The position numbers and the translations under genes are program-made. From Deferrisomatales bacterium (GTDB lineage Bacteria; Desulfobacterota; Deferrisomatia; Deferrisomatales; JACRMM01), in NCBI GenBank assembly GCA_033551855.1, contig JAWSUI010000068.1, positions 1-17,923 on the forward strand: 17,923 nt of DNA, read 5' to 3'. Each line of letters starts with the position of its first letter. The stretch's first letter is position 1. Under the pieces are notes generated by a model, which saw nothing but the letters and a program-made list of their open reading frames with translations, searched no databases and was not told the DNA's origin. Shown piece by piece: positions 15,715 through 17,923 of this stretch.

Positions 15715-17385
15715 ATGCCGTCGCTTGTGGTAAAGCCGTCGGGACGTGCGATCCCGGTGACCCAGGGCGGGACGGTCCTCGAGGCCCTGCGCCGCGCCGG
15801 CATCGAGCTGGAGAGCCCCTGCGGGGGCGAGGGGGTGTGCGGCAAGTGCCGGGTCCGGGTGGAGGGGCCGGAGGGCGTCCCGGAGACCCCCCACCGGCTC
15901 CTTCCGGCCCACGAGGCCCGAGAGGGGTGGCGGTTGGCGTGCCGGCTGGTGCCCGAGGGCGACCTCACCGTCCACCTGCCGCCCGACGCCCTCCTGGACG
16001 CTCGCATCCTGGAAGGGGAGCGGCTCTGTGCGGGCCGCCTCGCGCCGGCCGCCCGCATCGTGGCCGCAGCCGATGCCTGGCACCTGGAGTACGAGGGGGA
16101 GGAGGCCGCGGAGCTTCCGGGTTGGCAGCCGGGCACCGCGCCCAAGGGGGTGGCCGTCGACATCGGGACGACCACCCTGGTGGTGTCCCTGCTCGATCTG
16201 GCGACGGGCCGCGAGCTCGCCACGGCTTCGGCCCTGAACCCACAGACGGCCTTCGGCCACGACGTGCTGAGCCGCATTCAGAAGGGGTCGACGCGGGAGG
16301 GCCTGGGCGAGCTCGCGACCGCGGTGCGCGGGGTGCTGAACCGCCTGATCGGAGAAACCTGTAGAGAAGCCGGCGCGGACGCCGGGGAAGTGGTGGACGC
16401 GGTGCTCGGCGCCAATACCACCATGCTCCAGCTCGCCGGGGAGTTCGATCCGGCGCCCCTGGGGCGGATTCCTTTCCGGGTGGGGATCACCGGCGGGCGA
16501 AGCTATCCTGCCGCCCGCTTCGGGCTGGACCTCCACCCGGCAGCCCGGGTCTACGTGCCCCCCGTGGCCCACGCCTTCGTGGGAAGCGACATCAGCGGCG
16601 GCCTCCTCGCCTGTCGGTTCTTCGAACGGGAGGGGCCGCTCCTCTTCGTGGACATCGGCACCAACGGCGAGCTCGCCCTGAGCGCCGGGGGGCGGTGGCT
16701 CGTGACCTCGGCCGCCGCCGGGCCGGCGTTCGAGGGCATGGGCATCTCCCAGGGCATGCGGGCGGCGCCGGGGGCGGTGGAGGCGGTACACACCGAGGGA
16801 GGAGCCCTGGAGGTGCGGGTGATCGGGGACGTTCCCGCCAGGGGCCTGTGCGGGAGCGGGCTGATCGACGCGGTCGCGTGCCTGCTCCGGGCGGGGGCGC
16901 TCGAGCCGAGCGGCCGCATGCTGCGGCCCGGCGAGGCCCGGGGACTGCTGGATCCCGGTTTCGCCGAGCGGCTGGTGGAGCGGGACGGCAGACCCGCCTT
17001 CCGGTTGGCCGAAGGGGTGTTCCTGACCCAGGCCGACGTGAGGCAGCTCCAGCTCGCCAAGGCCGCCATCCGCACCGCCGTCGACCTGCTCCTGGCCGAA
17101 GCCGGGACGCCCCCGTCAGATCTGCGAGAAGTGGTGCTGGCCGGCGCCTTTGGTTACCACCTCCGACCCGAGAGCCTGGAGGCCATCGGTCTGCTTCCGT
17201 CGGGGCTCTCGGAAAGGGTTGCCTTCGCGGGGAACACGAGCCGTCTGGGAGCCGCGCTCCTCCTCGTCGATGGCGGCGCCCGGTCGAAGCTCGCGGCCCG
17301 CATGGCCGAGACTCGCCATCTTCCCTTGCCCGAGAGCCATACTTTCCAGGATGCCTTCGTTCAGAATCTCAGTTTCCCTGCTTGA
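15715..17385 (+). CDS. ATP-dependent corrinoid reductive activator (RACo-type; N-terminal 2Fe-2S ferredoxin plus ASKHA domain)
   Basis: 2Fe-2S motif CGGEGVCGKC...RLAC; ASKHA motifs VDIGTTT, VDIGTNGE, AAGPAFEG, GLCGSG and LAGAFG. Start placed at ATG 15715 behind GAGGG. Confidence 0.92.
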   Translation: MPSLVVKPSGRAIPVTQGGTVLEALRRAGIELESPCGGEGVCGKCRVRVEGPEGVPETPHRLLPAHEAREGWRLACRLVPEGDLTVHLPPDALLDARILEGERLCAGRLAPAARIVAAADAWHLEYEGEEAAELPGWQPGTAPKGVAVDIGTTTLVVSLLDLATGRELATASALNPQTAFGHDVLSRIQKGSTREGLGELATAVRGVLNRLIGETCREAGADAGEVVDAVLGANTTMLQLAGEFDPAPLGRIPFRVGITGGRSYPAARFGLDLHPAARVYVPPVAHAFVGSDISGGLLACRFFEREGPLLFVDIGTNGELALSAGGRWLVTSAAAGPAFEGMGISQGMRAAPGAVEAVHTEGGALEVRVIGDVPARGLCGSGLIDAVACLLRAGALEPSGRMLRPGEARGLLDPGFAERLVERDGRPAFRLAEGVFLTQADVRQLQLAKAAIRTAVDLLLAEAGTPPSDLREVVLAGAFGYHLRPESLEAIGLLPSGLSERVAFAGNTSRLGAALLLVDGGARSKLAARMAETRHLPLPESHTFQDAFVQNLSFPA

Positions 17386-17675
17386 CGCTTGCCGCATCCA
17401 ATGTCGCAAGGTCCATGATGGGCTTCCTCACTGTCCCCATGGTGATCTGCCCCTTGGCGCTCTCCTGCACATGACTGTGAGTCGGCACAGAATTCTGGTC
17501 CGTCATCGGCGGTGAACAATGACATCCGCTTACGCAACCGCACTATTCTTGTGCGCCTCTCGTTCGGCTCGAAATCCCCGAGACAGCAAGACTCGCCCCC
17601 AACCCAGCTTCAGTTTGGAGAAACTCACCGCCCCCCTCCTTTAAGCACTCCAACTTTGCCGCTCGCAACCACGCC

Positions 17676-17807
17676 TCAAGAAAGGGACAGCAGCGCCGTG
17701 ACGATGGGAGGCACGGCATACATGAGTGCGATAGTCAGGACAAAGACCACGGCCACCGGCCAAGCCCCTGAGTAGATGTCCTCCAAGGCCTCGTCAGGAG
17801 CCGCCGC
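17676..17807 (-). pseudogene. C-terminal remnant of a third TRAP large permease
   Basis: AAAPDEALEDIYSGAWPVAVVFVLTIALMYAVPPIVTALLSLS* aligns by eye with the DctM tail in this window (SVAPDHITMGKIYASVMPYLWITVAALALTVAFPQLSLWLP). The upstream in-frame sequence is unrelated. Confidence 0.55.
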
Positions 17808-17869
17808 TGGCCGTGGCCAGGCTCGCCGGTGACCAGCGCAAAACCGCCCTGGGCGACCAAGGCTAGACC

Positions 17870-17923
17870 CAATACTGTTCACTTTAACATGACCACCGTG
17901 GGGTGGACGACCTGCGGACCTGG
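17870..17923 (-). mobile_element. Possible right end of an IS4-family element
   Basis: The minus strand reads PGPQVVHPTVVMLK* running into ttaaagtgaacagtattg. Plus-strand CAATACTGTTCACTTTAA (17870-17887) resembles IS4-group terminal repeats (from memory). Only 54 bp are visible. Confidence 0.4.

Noticed and set aside
3774..16791. Long alternative-frame and antisense ORFs (e.g. 3774-5090, 8890-10218, 10731-11972, 12043-13482, 14333-15667, 15664-16791)
   Set aside because: These are Arg/Pro/Gly-rich or antisense shadows of real high-GC genes with no recognisable domains.
17386..17675. Small gene, attC site or ncRNA downstream of the activator
   Set aside because: The short ORFs have no recognisable features and no convincing paired attC boxes are present.
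1..17923. CRISPR array, tRNA or rRNA
   Set aside because: No regularly spaced direct repeats or RNA-gene signatures were seen.

Overview
High-GC bacterial window almost entirely filled by a catabolic island for corrinoid (B12)-dependent methyl transfer. Two parallel + strand cassettes each carry a TRAP transporter (dctPQM), a regulator, URO-D/MtaA-superfamily methyltransferase(s) and a corrinoid protein. Cassette 1 spans 2134-8631 (GntR/FadR regulator) and cassette 2 spans 9082-14397 (XRE-cupin regulator). They are followed by a single methyl-THF:corrinoid methyltransferase and a single RACo/RamA-type ASKHA activator. A LarA-family nickel-pincer racemase/epimerase is transcribed divergently from cassette 1. 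A 5'-truncated universal stress protein gene and a possible IS end lie at the left edge. The right edge holds a scar of a dctM tail, an ATPase-like fragment and an IS4-like end. The best candidate for an undescribed system is a TRAP-fed, LarA-linked B12 demethylation pathway for methylated (O- or S-methyl) organic acids. The substrate is inferred, not shown. All family calls come from motif recognition by eye; no searches were run.
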